Part shown: in pieces, positions 1 through 10,357 of the stretch
How positions within the stretch are numbered: the first letter of the stretch is position 1
Layout of the letters: every line of letters starts with the position of its first letter
Origin: Octopus bimaculoides
Lineage: Eukaryota
Reading direction: 5' to 3'
Length of the DNA: 48,753 nucleotides
NCBI RefSeq assembly: GCF_001194135.2
Contig: NC_069000.1
Coordinates: forward strand, 35,275,465-35,324,217
Made by a program: the position numbers and the translations under genes
Notes under the pieces: model-generated
Database searches by the model: none
Told to the model about the DNA's origin: nothing
The model's input: the letters and a program-made list of their open reading frames with translations, nothing else

Positions 1-345
1 ATCATCATTTACCGTCTGTTTTCCATACTGACATGGGTTGGACAGTTTGACCAGAGCCGGCAAGCAGGAGAGTGACACCAGGTTCCTGTCTGATTTGGGT
101 TGGTTTCTGTGGCTGGATGCCCTTCCAAACACCAGCCACTTTACAGAGTGTGTTGGGTGCTTTTTACATGGCACCAGCACGGTTACTTTTACGTGGCACT
201 GGCAGGAGTGCTATTACATAACATTGGCATGGGTGCCTTTTATGTGGCACCAGCACAGGGCTCTGGCAGGCCAGTCCACTTCAGCAGGGGTGAGGGTGGA
301 GAGCATCAGTAATACTTCTGCTGTGGAAGAGGGGTCTTCTTGAGT
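1..345 (-). mobile_element. SINE/retroposon family C with (GAT)n tail
   Basis: CATCAT..TTTCCATGCTGGCATGGGTTGGAC...GGATGCCCTTCC motif; further copies at ~14301-14690, 21670-21968(+), 22066-22270, 25240-25440, 28430-28760 and 29755-29970. Confidence 0.8.
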
Positions 346-465
346 ACAGTAAAATGACTGATATTTCTGTCCTTATGATCACTATGATAATGTTAAAGTT
401 TTCTAAAATACATTATTTACATTATTTACATTTGATGGATATTTGTCTTCATCTTGTTTGTTGTT

Positions 466-508
466 AACACGTTTCGGCTGATATACCCTCCAGCCTTCAT
501 CAGGTGTC
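466..508 (-). ncRNA. Minimal type I hammerhead ribozyme, copy A (cleavage triplet deleted)
   Basis: Minus strand GACAC-CUGAUGA-A-GGCUG(gagggUAUAU)CAGCC-GAAA-C-GUGUU; core and stems I/II present; lacks the GUU seen in copy B. Confidence 0.75.
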
Positions 509-588
509 TTGGGGAAATTTCATATCTCACTGGGTTCTCATTCCTAAGGTATTTTCTCAATGTTGTTGTTATTACTATTATTATTATT

Positions 589-1099
589 TTATGTTTGACT
601 TTTGCTTTGCATTATTTGTACAAGTTGGATCCAAGTCTCACCCAGAGACCTCAAGAGACAACAAGTTAGAAGTTCATGTAAGTGTTATGCCTAGGGTACA
701 ATATATTTGGATTTGTACATAGTGTTGTTCTAGAGAATGTTTAAGAAACCATAAGAAAATTATGTGTTTGTTTTAAAATTTGAGATCACATAGACAGTAT
801 TTTACGTAGGATATGGGTAGTTCCCATGAGCACTATCTTTTGAACTTCAGCCATTTTGGGGTTTCCTGGTATCTGAGCTAGGTAGTAATCAGCCCGTTTC
901 ACTGTCATTTCCAGGGCACCTATGACAATAGGTATTGTTTTAGTCTTCAGGTTCCACATTTTGCTAATTTCTATTTCAAGATCTTTATATTTGCTCAGTT
1001 TTTGGTAGGTCTTGACAGATACGTTTATATCGATTGGGACAGTCATATCAATGAGGAGGCATGATTTTTGTCTGAAGTCTTTCAGTATGATGTCTGGCC

Positions 1100-1100
<1 letters not shown>
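589..1100 (-). mobile_element. 5'-truncated RLE-type non-LTR retrotransposon (Dong/R4-like): endonuclease C-terminus plus 3' UTR
   Basis: Uninterrupted frame RPDIILKDFRQKSCLLIDMTVPIDINVSVKTYQKLSKYKDLEIEISKMWNLKTKTIPIVIGALE...LMGTTHILRKILSM* (PD..D..KY RLE motif); flanked on both sides by (ATT)n. Confidence 0.88.
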
Positions 1101-1149
<49 letters not shown>

Positions 1150-1378
1150 TCACTGCCTGGAATTGAACTCTGAATAGCTTTGAGTCTCTACATCTACACA
1201 GGAAAGTTAAATGGTTTGAAAGATGAGCTAGTTTTTGATGCAGTTTCTCTATATGTCTCCATTGATGTCTTATGTCAGCTCTGTACCAATTAGATAATAC
1301 AGTTCTATATTTAAGAGATGAGGAATTGTGTACATTATTTACAATTGACGGATATTTGTCCTCATCTTGTTTGTTGTT

Positions 1379-1424
1379 AACACAACATTTCGGCTGATAT
1401 ACCCTCCAGCCTTTATCAGGTGTC
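1379..1424 (-). ncRNA. Minimal type I hammerhead ribozyme, copy B (core G8-to-A change, stem III C-to-U change)
   Basis: Minus strand GACAC-CUGAUAA-A-GGCUG(...)CAGCC-GAAA-UGUU-GUGUU. Confidence 0.7.
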
Positions 1425-1481
1425 TTGGGGAAATTTCAAACCTGGGTTCTCATTCCTAAGGTACTTTTCGATGTTGTTATT

Positions 1482-1522
<41 letters not shown>

Positions 1523-1868
1523 TATTATTATTCGGGTCTCTGCCTGGAATCGAACTCGGAATAATTTCGAGTCTCTACATCTACACAGGAAAGTTAGATG
1601 GTTCTAAAATATATTTCATGTTTCACCCAACTGACAGAAATACGTATTTTGGAAATAATACCACCAGCATTCAATACAAATGACAATTACCAAAAATACT
1701 ACTTAGATTAGTAAATGTGGAGATTAAATTAATAAATAATCAATGGGGATTATATATCATTATTGGGATAGAAATGTAAGCTGAAAGAAAAAAAATTAAA
1801 ATCTATGTTTCTGAAATGCTGTATTCATTATAATGAACCATTGTTAAATGTATAATGATTGTGTTTAA

Positions 1869-2085
1869 CCTTTTAGCATTCGAATTAGTTTGTGAAATTT
1901 AATGCTTATTTATTCACATTGTTTCGAATTAATCATGCATTGTTTTGTAGCTTTGAAATTTGGAAGATGTCAGCGTTTATTTTTAGGACATTGTAGGGTA
2001 AGTGTGAGAGGCCAGATCTAGTAAGTTTGAATGTAAAACAGGTGGAATATTTGAATCAGATCTGGCCTGTTTAAATGCTAAACGG
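1869..2085 (-). mobile_element. piggyBac-type MITE
   Basis: TTAA|CCTTTTAGCATT...AATGCTAAACGG|TTAA; same family as the copies at 7993, 12928 and 43085. Confidence 0.8.
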
Positions 2086-3544
2086 TTAAACTCTAATGTT
2101 TACCTTTTGCATTTATATTTGTTTTTTTTTTTTCAAGATTTTTGATATGAAATTGTGTGTTGAAACATATTTTCTTGTATCTTGGGAAGGTCATTGTGTC
2201 AATAATAAACACACACACACACACACACACACTGGTTCTGTTTCACTTCATTTTTATTAGTTGATTAGTTAACCGTTTAACCAATTAACTAATTGGTTGT
2301 TTGGTTAATTGTTCAGTCATTCAATCAATCAATCAATCAGTCGATTAATCAATCTGTCAGTCAGCTTGGTTCATCAAATTTCCTTTCTTCACCATTCACA
2401 ACCACATCAAGGACATCCCCTCTCTACTCCAGGCCTGCTTCAGGTCTGTCTGCCTGATCTTCTCTTTCCTAGTTTACAGGTTCTATATTTATATTTTCAT
2501 ACGAGTGTGAGTGACAATGTATGTGAGAGGGGGAGGAAGAATGAATGTGTGTGTGTGAGTTCACAATCATGTGCGTACATGTGCACCAGCTGCATGTGTG
2601 CGTATGCACATTTATGTTCTGCATTATGTCTTTACATTCTTTCATAATGGTTCACTTTTCACAGATTTACTTTACTGTAGATACAATTTTACAACATACA
2701 CCAATAAAGTTCAAAGATTACTTTTGAATACACCAATTGTTATGAGAACACACAAACTTTTAGACAGCAATTATAATAAATTAGACAAAACATTACTTTT
2801 TTCATATATCATAATACTAAAAAAAAAAAAGTGAAAAAAAGTAAGTGAAACTGTATATAAGAGATATTTGGGGGGTGGGATTTCATAGCTTATAATCAGT
2901 ACTATGTGTTATACACATGTATGCATTGTTTTACAGCAAACACCAGTAAAGTTCAAAGGTTACTTTTGAATTTAGTTATTGCTTTCAAGACAAATGAACT
3001 TTTAGACAGCAATTGTAATAAATCTGACTAAATACATTTTCCATGTATTATAATACTAAAAATAAAACAGAAAGAAAAGGAAACTATATTATGCACAAGC
3101 TATGTTTTTTCTGAGATTTCAAAGCTCGTAGTTACACATTTGTGTTTATTATAAATGAATAACACACATGTTGCCATAAATTGTACCTCACAAGATTTAT
3201 TTTGCTTCAGATACTAGTCTTAATACAAGTCATAATGTTATGACAAGATCATATGCAGATCAAACAGCTGGACGACGAGGAAAAACAAATTTATATCCAT
3301 TTGAAGATTTCTGGAAATTTCTGTTTTTAGACATTTTTTTTTTTTAGATTGAAACTGAATTTTTAATTATTCATTTTTTTTTTAAATACGATTATTGATG
3401 ACGATGATGACGGTGATGGTGGTGGTGGTGGTGATGATGATGATGGTGGTGGTGATGATTCATGAATGTATTTTTTAAAACTATTCTTTATGTATTTTAA
3501 AATTTGTTTTATATTTATTCTTTTTTATTCTTTCACACTTTTAT

Positions 3545-3922
3545 TCTTTTACTTGTTTCAATCACTTTACTGTGGCCATGCTGAAGCACTGCCTTTAGTC
3601 AAGCAAATCGACCCCAGGACTTATTCTTTGTAAGCCTAGTACTTATTCTATAGGACTCTTTTGCCGAACCACTAAGTTACAGGGACATAAACACACCAAC
3701 ACTGGTTGTCAAGTGATGTTGGGGGGAGAAACACACACAAACACACACAAATATATATATATACGATGGGCTTCTTTCAGTTTCCCTCTACCAAATCTAC
3801 TCACAAGGCTTTGGTCGGCCCGAGGCTATATTAGAAGACATTTGCCTGAGGTGCCATGCAGCGGGACTGAACCCGGAACGATGTGGTTGGTAAGCAAGCT
3901 ACTTACCACACAGCCACTCCTA
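3545..3922 (-). mobile_element. tRNA-derived SINE family A (octopus-type, central (TA)n(TG)n)
   Basis: Head GGAGTGGCTGTGTGGTAAG...GGTTCAGTCCC (A/B boxes); tail GACTGAAACAAGTAAAAG. Confidence 0.85.
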
Positions 3923-4258
3923 CATTTAAAAAAATATATATATGTATTCATTTTGAAATATTATTTATTTTAAAAAAATATTATTTTATCTAAAATTTCT
4001 TAAAATATTTTTTAGAATTGTTAATTATATCTTTTTTCCTCTTTTCTTTCTTCTCTTGCTTGTTTCAGACATTAGACTGTGGCCTTTTATCATTTTCTAA
4101 ATAGATATTATTTTTTCAGACCCTTACTTATATTTTTAATGTTATTTGTTTTAAAACATTTGATTATTGTTTTAAAATATTTTTGTTCCTATTATTTATT
4201 ATTTTTTAAATATTTATTCCTTTATTATTTTTTTTCAAATATTGTTTATTTATTGACT

Positions 4259-4289
<31 letters not shown>

Positions 4290-5164
4290 TGGTAATGGTG
4301 TTAGTGATGATGGCAACAGTAGTGGTGATAGTGGTGGTGATAGTATTGGTGGTGGTAGTGGTGGTGGTGGCTGTGGTTGTAGTAGTGGTGTTATTAGGAG
4401 CAGTGTTAGTGGTGGTGAGGCTAATATTGCTGTTGTTGTTTTTGCTGTTTTATTCTAATTCTACATCAGTCCTATACTCAGAGATCATTCTATATCTGTA
4501 GTCTGTGAAGAACTTCATTATTCCAGTGTGTCTATTCCCCTTTCCTGAAATGGTAGGGAATACGGTTTAGCTGCTATTTCGATTTACCACATAGACGTAT
4601 CATTGGAGTACATTCTTCTGTCTTCTTTCACTTATTAGACTGAGCCCATGCTAAGGAACCACCTTGAATGGGTTTGTTGTGAAAACGAACCTCTGTACTT
4701 GTTTTTATGCCTAGTGCTTATTCTCTCAGTCTCTTTTGCTGAACCACTAAGTTACAGGGATGTAAACACACCAACACTAGTTGTCAAGTGGTGGTGGTGG
4801 GGGACAAACATACACACACACTTACATACAAGTGTTGAAGTGCATCCCTTGACCGAGTTTGCATTCATGAGGCTGATAACATCATAAAACTTGGAGAGTA
4901 ACTCCTTGAGCAGCATTCCATGTCTGATAACCTTGAGTACATGCCCAAAGAAGTTGCATGACTCTACTGCAACATATCATCAGATGAAAGGAAGACATGC
5001 ATAAAAAAAAATAATTACAAATCTGCACATATACATACATGCAAAAATACCCTGTTGTTGACATTGAAATTCCAAAGAAGGAGCCTTGGATCAAGGTTAG
5101 AAACCAGCTCTTTCTCTATTCGCAAGAAAACTTGAAATAAAACTGAATAATGACATACATATAT

Positions 5165-5222
<58 letters not shown>

Positions 5223-5250
5223 ACACACACACACGCATACATACATACAT

Positions 5251-5639
5251 TGTTGGCACTCCGTCGGTTACGACGATGAGGGTTCCAGTTGATCCGATCA
5301 ATGGAACGGCCTGCTCGTGAAATTATCGTGCAAGTGGCTGAGCACTTCACAGACACGTGTACCCTTAACGTAGTTCTCGGGGGGATATTCAGCGTGACAC
5401 AGAGTGTGACAAGGCTGGCCCCTTTGAAATACAGGTACAACAGAAACAGGAAGAAAGAGTGAGAGAAAGTTTTGGTGAAAGAATATAGCATGGTTCGCCC
5501 CCCCCTCTCCCCTGCCAGAGCCCCGTGAAGCTTTAGGTGTTTTTGCTCAATAAACACTCACAATGCCCAGTCTGGGAATCGAAACCATGATCTTACAACT
5601 GTGAGTCCGATGCCCTAACCACTGGGCCATTGTACCTCC
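5251..5639 (-). mobile_element. tRNA-derived SINE family D
   Basis: Reverse complement of 24654-25022; head CAATGGCCCAGTGGTTAGGGCA...GGTTTCGATTCCC. Confidence 0.85.
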
Positions 5640-5690
5640 ACATACATACATACATATGTACGTATGTATGTATGTATGTATGTATGTATA

Positions 5691-6071
5691 TATAAAATCA
5701 TAAATGACAGAGAAATAGTTAGGTGAAATTTTGTTTAACAATAAGAAAACTCTAATATCACGAAATTCTAAAAATATGAAAATAAGTTTCATAACTTAAA
5801 AACAAGTAAATAATTTATATCATTATATCTAATAATAAATAAATTACTTACCTGTCTGCACCTGAGGATGTAGCTCAAATTCTGCATTATTTAGAAGGAT
5901 TGTTTTGCATTTTGCATTAATGCAGACATGTAAGTAATTTATTTATTATTAAATACAATATAAATTATCTACTTGTTTTTAAGTTACGAAACAATTTGTC
6001 ATGATATTAGAATTCTTTCATTGTTAAATAAAATGTCATCAAAGTATTTCTCTGTCATTTATGATTTTATA
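5691..6071. mobile_element. TA-flanked MITE with ~27-bp TIRs
   Basis: TATAAAATCATAAATGACAGAGAAATA at the left end and its reverse complement at 6045-6071; related copy at 42652-42860. Confidence 0.75.
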
Positions 6072-6140
6072 CAGTGTGTACCAGAAAGATTTACCCATGT
6101 TTAAGACTCTTCCTAAAGGATATTGGTTCAGGTATTATTA

Positions 6141-6348
6141 TCTTGTTTACTTGTTTCAGTCATTTGACTGCTGCCATGCTGGAGCACCGCCTTTTAGTCA
6201 AGCAAATCGACCCCAGGACTTACTCTTTGTAAGCCTAGTACTTATTCTATCGGTCTCTTTTGCTGAACCGCTAAGTTATGGGGATGTAAACACAGCAGCA
6301 TCGGTTGTCAAGCGAAGTTGGGGGACAAACACAGACACACAAACATAT

Positions 6349-6401
<53 letters not shown>

Positions 6402-6566
6402 TACGACGGGCTTCTTTCAGTTTCCGTCTACCAAATCCACTCGCAAGGCTTTGGTCGGCCCGAGGCTATAGTAGAAGACACTCACCCAAGGTGCCATGCA
6501 GTGGGACTGAACCCAGAACCATGTGGTTGGTAAGCAAGCTACTTACCACACAGTCACTCCTGCACC
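6141..6566 (-). mobile_element. SINE family A
   Basis: Full-length match to the other copies. Confidence 0.88.
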
Positions 6567-6569
6567 TAT

Positions 6570-7616
6570 CTACATTTACATAAAGATTTGCATATGTCTT
6601 TTATTCATACGTCTATTGTTTCATTTATCTCTAACAAGGTTTGTAAACAAACATGGCGTTGAAAGCAAAACGTGACCAGATTTTCACCTTGAAAACAGCT
6701 TGAGTGAGCAACAAGGACATCACAAGACAGTTGAATATGTGCTGTAAAACAGTGTTTGGTACCTGGAAAGGATATATGGAATCTGCTACTATCACTAGCA
6801 ATCTAATTCCTGGCAGGAAATAATCAATTTGTACTAAACAAACTGTTGAAGTTGTGAAGAAGTGAATTAACCGAAATCCCCACAGGAATGCAAGAAAAAC
6901 TGCAAAAGCACTTGATATTTCAAAATCATCAATGCACAGGATTTTTAAAGAGGATTTAAAGCTAACTTCTTACAAGAAGTTAATTTCAGCAGCTTCCAAG
7001 AAGAAGCAACTCAACAGGGATAAAACCACGTTAGCTGAGATGAAGTGCACCAGTAACAAAGTGTTGATCTGGTCTGACAAGAAGATTTTCACTGTGGAGG
7101 CAGTTACCAACAGGCAGAATGATAGGCTTTGTGGATGTCATGCAGGAGACTTGCCTGAAGATAGCAGGAGTCATTTATGCCATCAGAAGCCAGTTCCACT
7201 CATGGTGTGGGTTGCAGTTGCATCTGATGGGTCCAAGTCTCCCTTGATCTTTGTTGATGCTGGTGTCAGAGTTAACAGCAAAATTTATGTGGAAATGATG
7301 GATAAGAAAGTGTTAACCTGGGTCACAGAAACTTTTAGTGACTGTTACATCTTCACTCAAGACAGGTATGTGGCCTATACATCCAGTTTAACACAGAGGT
7401 AGTGCAAAAGAGCATTTCAGCAGTTTTTGGGACAAGACATTATGGCCTCCCTCAAGTCCAGACACCAATCTTATGGACTTTGCTATCTGATCCATCTTAG
7501 AGAATACTGTTTCTGCTCATTCCTATTCAAATGTGTCAGATCTGAAGAAAGCCCTTCCGTCTTCATGGATCAGGTTGGATTAAGAGATAGTACAATGCTC
7601 ATACCACTCACATACG
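6570..7616 (+). mobile_element. Decayed DD37D (maT) transposase pseudogene, family 1
   Basis: ATG at 6653; HTH region; WSD(K)KIF, MVWVAV, FTQD and, after a +1 A, WPPSSPDTNLMD with 37 residues between the 2nd and 3rd Asp; several stops; no matching TIR pair. Confidence 0.85.
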
Positions 7617-7711
7617 CCAGTTGACTGTGTAGTTGACAAAATCAAAAACTGACAATGTGCATGCGGGAAATTAAAAATATAAAATGGCAACAATTTACCC
7701 ATCGCACATTG
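7617..7711 (-). mobile_element. Isolated left end of maT family 2
   Basis: Reverse complement of the 47304 left end (CAATGTGCGATGGGTAAATTG...TTTTGTCAACTACACAG); ends at a TA (7712-7713). Confidence 0.75.
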
Positions 7712-7992
7712 TATATGTATATATCATCATCATCATCATCATCATTTTATGTCTGCTTTCCATGCTGGCATGGGTTAAATGGCTTGACTGCAAGCATGGA
7801 AAAGTGAATGTTAAATGATGATAATGAAGATATTGAGGAAAATAAATTTTTAGTGCATTAAATGTTATGGGAGGCCAAACATCACATGTAAGACCCAGAA
7901 TGATTTTTTTTTTTCTGGGACATGATTTTGAAAACAAAAAGTGCTTCTTATATACCATCAGATATGGTACTCCTTAGCTATTAACACATTAA

Positions 7993-8212
7993 CCCTCTAG
8001 CATTTAAACCGGCCATATCCTGTCAAAATATTTTCCCTGTCTTATGTTCAAACTGGCCAGATTTGGTCTCTCACACCAACCTTAGAATATCATTCTAAAA
8101 ATTAATAGTTACCACATCGCAATCTCAAAGCTACAAGATAACGCTTGATTAATTGAAAACAATGTGAATAAATAAGCAGTGCATTTGGCAGAGTAATCTG
8201 AATGCAAAACGG
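7993..8212 (+). mobile_element. piggyBac-type MITE
   Basis: TTAA|CCCTCTAGCATT...AATGCAAAACGG|CTAA. Confidence 0.8.
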
Positions 8213-8238
8213 CTAATTAAATCTGTGTTTATTTTCAG

Positions 8239-8395
8239 AGAAACTCTCCTAGCACAGTTAACTCGCAGCATTAAGCAAATCAATGAAGACTTTAATGCTC
8301 GCACTAATGCTGTTGACAAACCAAACGTTCCAAAGGGTAAGAACCTACCAAACATCGTGAATGTTATAATATATGTTCGACAGCTTGAGGCAAGG
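8239..8395 (+). CDS. DYNC2H1: Dynein-2 heavy chain exon (first found in window; phase 2 to phase 0): (R)ETLLAQLTRSIKQINEDFNARTNAVDKPNVPKGKNLPNIVNVIIYVRQLEAR
   Basis: Acceptor ttttcag/ and donor /gtaagt; translation matches the remembered DYNC2H1 tail (human RETLLARL...GKNLSEVVNSIVWVRQLELK). Confidence 0.93.
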
Positions 8396-8455
8396 GTAAG
8401 TTGGGTCTTTCTTTTACGCTGCTTTCCAACATCGTTTTCTTGTTTCTCTTTTCAA

Positions 8456-8862
8456 CTCTTTTACTTGTTTCAGTCATTTGACTGCGGCCATGCCAGAGTA
8501 CCACCTTAAAGAGTTTTAGTTGAGCAAATCGGACCTCAGGACTTGTTTTTTTCTTAAGACTAGTACTTATTCTATCAGTCACTTTTGTTGAACTGCTCAG
8601 TTACGGGGACGTAATACACCAAACATTTGTCAAGCAGTAATGAGAGAGAAACACAGACACAAAGACACACATATACAATCACACACACAAATATATATAC
8701 ATCGGGCTTCTTTCAGTTTCCATCTACCAAGTCCACTCACAAAGCTTTAGTCAGCCCAAGGCTACAGTAGAAGACGCTTACCCAAGGTGCCACGCAGCGG
8801 GACTGAACCATGAACCATATGGTTGGGAAGCAAGCTTCTTACCACACAGCCACACTGGCACC
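8456..8862 (-). mobile_element. SINE family A
   Basis: Full-length match; starts 60 bp after an exon donor. Confidence 0.85.
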
Positions 8863-9905
8863 TTTTGTATGTTTTTAAAAAATTTTTTTTACATTTGTGT
8901 ACAATAATATCATTGACTGTTTTTGCTTGAATAGGATATCAAAGGATCAGTTAGGGATTTGTTGAAGTTTTAGTCATTTAGGCAGGCTTTTGATGTTGTC
9001 TAAGTCTTTTTTTTTTATCCTTTACTTGTTCCAGTCATTGGGCTGTGGCCATGCTGGAGCACTGCTTTAAATGATTTTAGTTGAACATATCTTCATTCCC
9101 TATTGAAGTTTCCTGTTGTGGTTCACCAGCTAGTCTAGTGTGCTGTTTCCTGCAGAGGATGGGTCTGGAAACCCCAAACTACTGAAGAAAGCTATCAAAG
9201 AGATAGGCATTGCAGCTGAAATCGGTTCAAGATGGTTGTGGTTGACAAGAAACTTCAGGTAGAACGCTTCCACAGGTGAAGACTAATTCAGTCCTCAATG
9301 TGCCATTTGGGTGATGTGTACAGGTTTAAGAGTAAAATGCTTGTGGTCCTGAGATACCGACCAATGAATCAAAATGCTTTCTGAAATTGCAATGGACTCC
9401 GAAGAGGAGTTTACAATACCTCTGAGTAGCTCCAGCTGTTTCTGTTTAGGGTAAAATATCTCTATGAAGGCAGGTGGCTTAGTAGTTAGGGTATTTGGCT
9501 TATGATTGTAAGGTCATGAGTTCAATTCCCGGTGATACATAGTGTCCTTGAGCAAGACACTTTATGTTACGTTGCTTCAGTCCACTAAGCTGGCAAGAAT
9601 GAGTAGTACCAAGGCAGTGAACTGGCAGAAACGTTAGCACGCCAGGCAAAATGCCTAACGGTATTTTGTCTGCTGTTATGTTCAAATTCTGGTATCAAGT
9701 GGTGTTTTATTTTATCAGCCATAGGAAAGCTGAAAGACCAAGTTGAACTGGGCAAGGCTTGAGCTCAGAATGGAAAGGGATGTAACTAAATACCATAAGA
9801 CATTTTAATCAACAATCTATTAATTCTATTATTTAGATACTATAAAAATCTTATATAATATCAACAATATTTTTAATGTGCTATGTCTCTCTCTATCTTA
9901 TTTAG

Positions 9906-10081
9906 GTGGAAGATAGCATAAACATGACTAATGCTGTGTTAAATGACTTGAGCAATTATGAAGCCTTCAAGAGAAATGCTAATGAAACACTGAATGAATT
10001 GAAGTCCTGGCGCAAGGACCATTTTGAAGATTGGTCTAGCCAAATGTCAGATATGATCAACAGCCATAGTCAACCCCTCAG
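9906..10081 (+). CDS. DYNC2H1: DYNC2H1 exon (phase 0 to 2): VEDSINMTNAVLNDLSNYEAFKRNANETLNELKSWRKDHFEDWSSQMSDMINSHSQPL(S)
   Basis: Acceptor tatttag/ and donor /gtattg; colinear with human VDDTIKIAEALLSDL...EQFDDWSR; phase matches both neighbours. Confidence 0.92.
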
Positions 10082-10303
10082 GTATTGCAGTATTGATTAT
10101 GTTATTCATTAAGTTATATATTTAGCTCTAACTAAAAAAGCCTGTAATATTTTGTAGGTTGCAGAAGGGGTCGTTTAATGTGCTAAAAACAGAAGTAGGA
10201 TATGAATATGTTGGTGTTCCTTTGTGGGATTAAATGAAATTACAGTTTTAACAGGACCCTTCATCAAGGGAGAGAAAAAAAATTATCCCCTTGGTAATAA
10301 GAA

Positions 10304-10305
<2 letters not shown>

Positions 10306-10357
<52 letters not shown>

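Larger units (their letters stand above)
411..1601 (-). mobile_element. Non-autonomous Penelope-derived tandem element (about 1.7 units of ~400 nt) carrying hammerhead ribozymes; retrozyme-like
   Basis: 10-bp direct repeat TTCTAAAATA at 401-410 and 1602-1611; internal duplications 418-570 vs 1331-1480 and 1146-1215 vs 1532-1601; a minus-strand frame reads QWRHIEKLHQKLAHLSNHLTFLCRCRDSKL, resembling the PLE ORF N-terminus; hammerhead cores. Confidence 0.72.

Noticed and set aside
3211-3345. Strong-looking acceptor (tttgcttcag) followed by an open frame DTSLNTSHNVMTRSYADQTAGRRGKTNLYPFEDFWKFL
   Set aside because: No convincing donor before the stop and no similarity to the expected upstream dynein exon (...KELVKRPTISKEL...), which I could not find in 1-8238
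5590-5639. tRNA-like A/B-box sequences at many SINE heads
   Set aside because: They are SINE promoter regions continuing into SINE bodies, with no complete cloverleaf, so they are not annotated as tRNA genes
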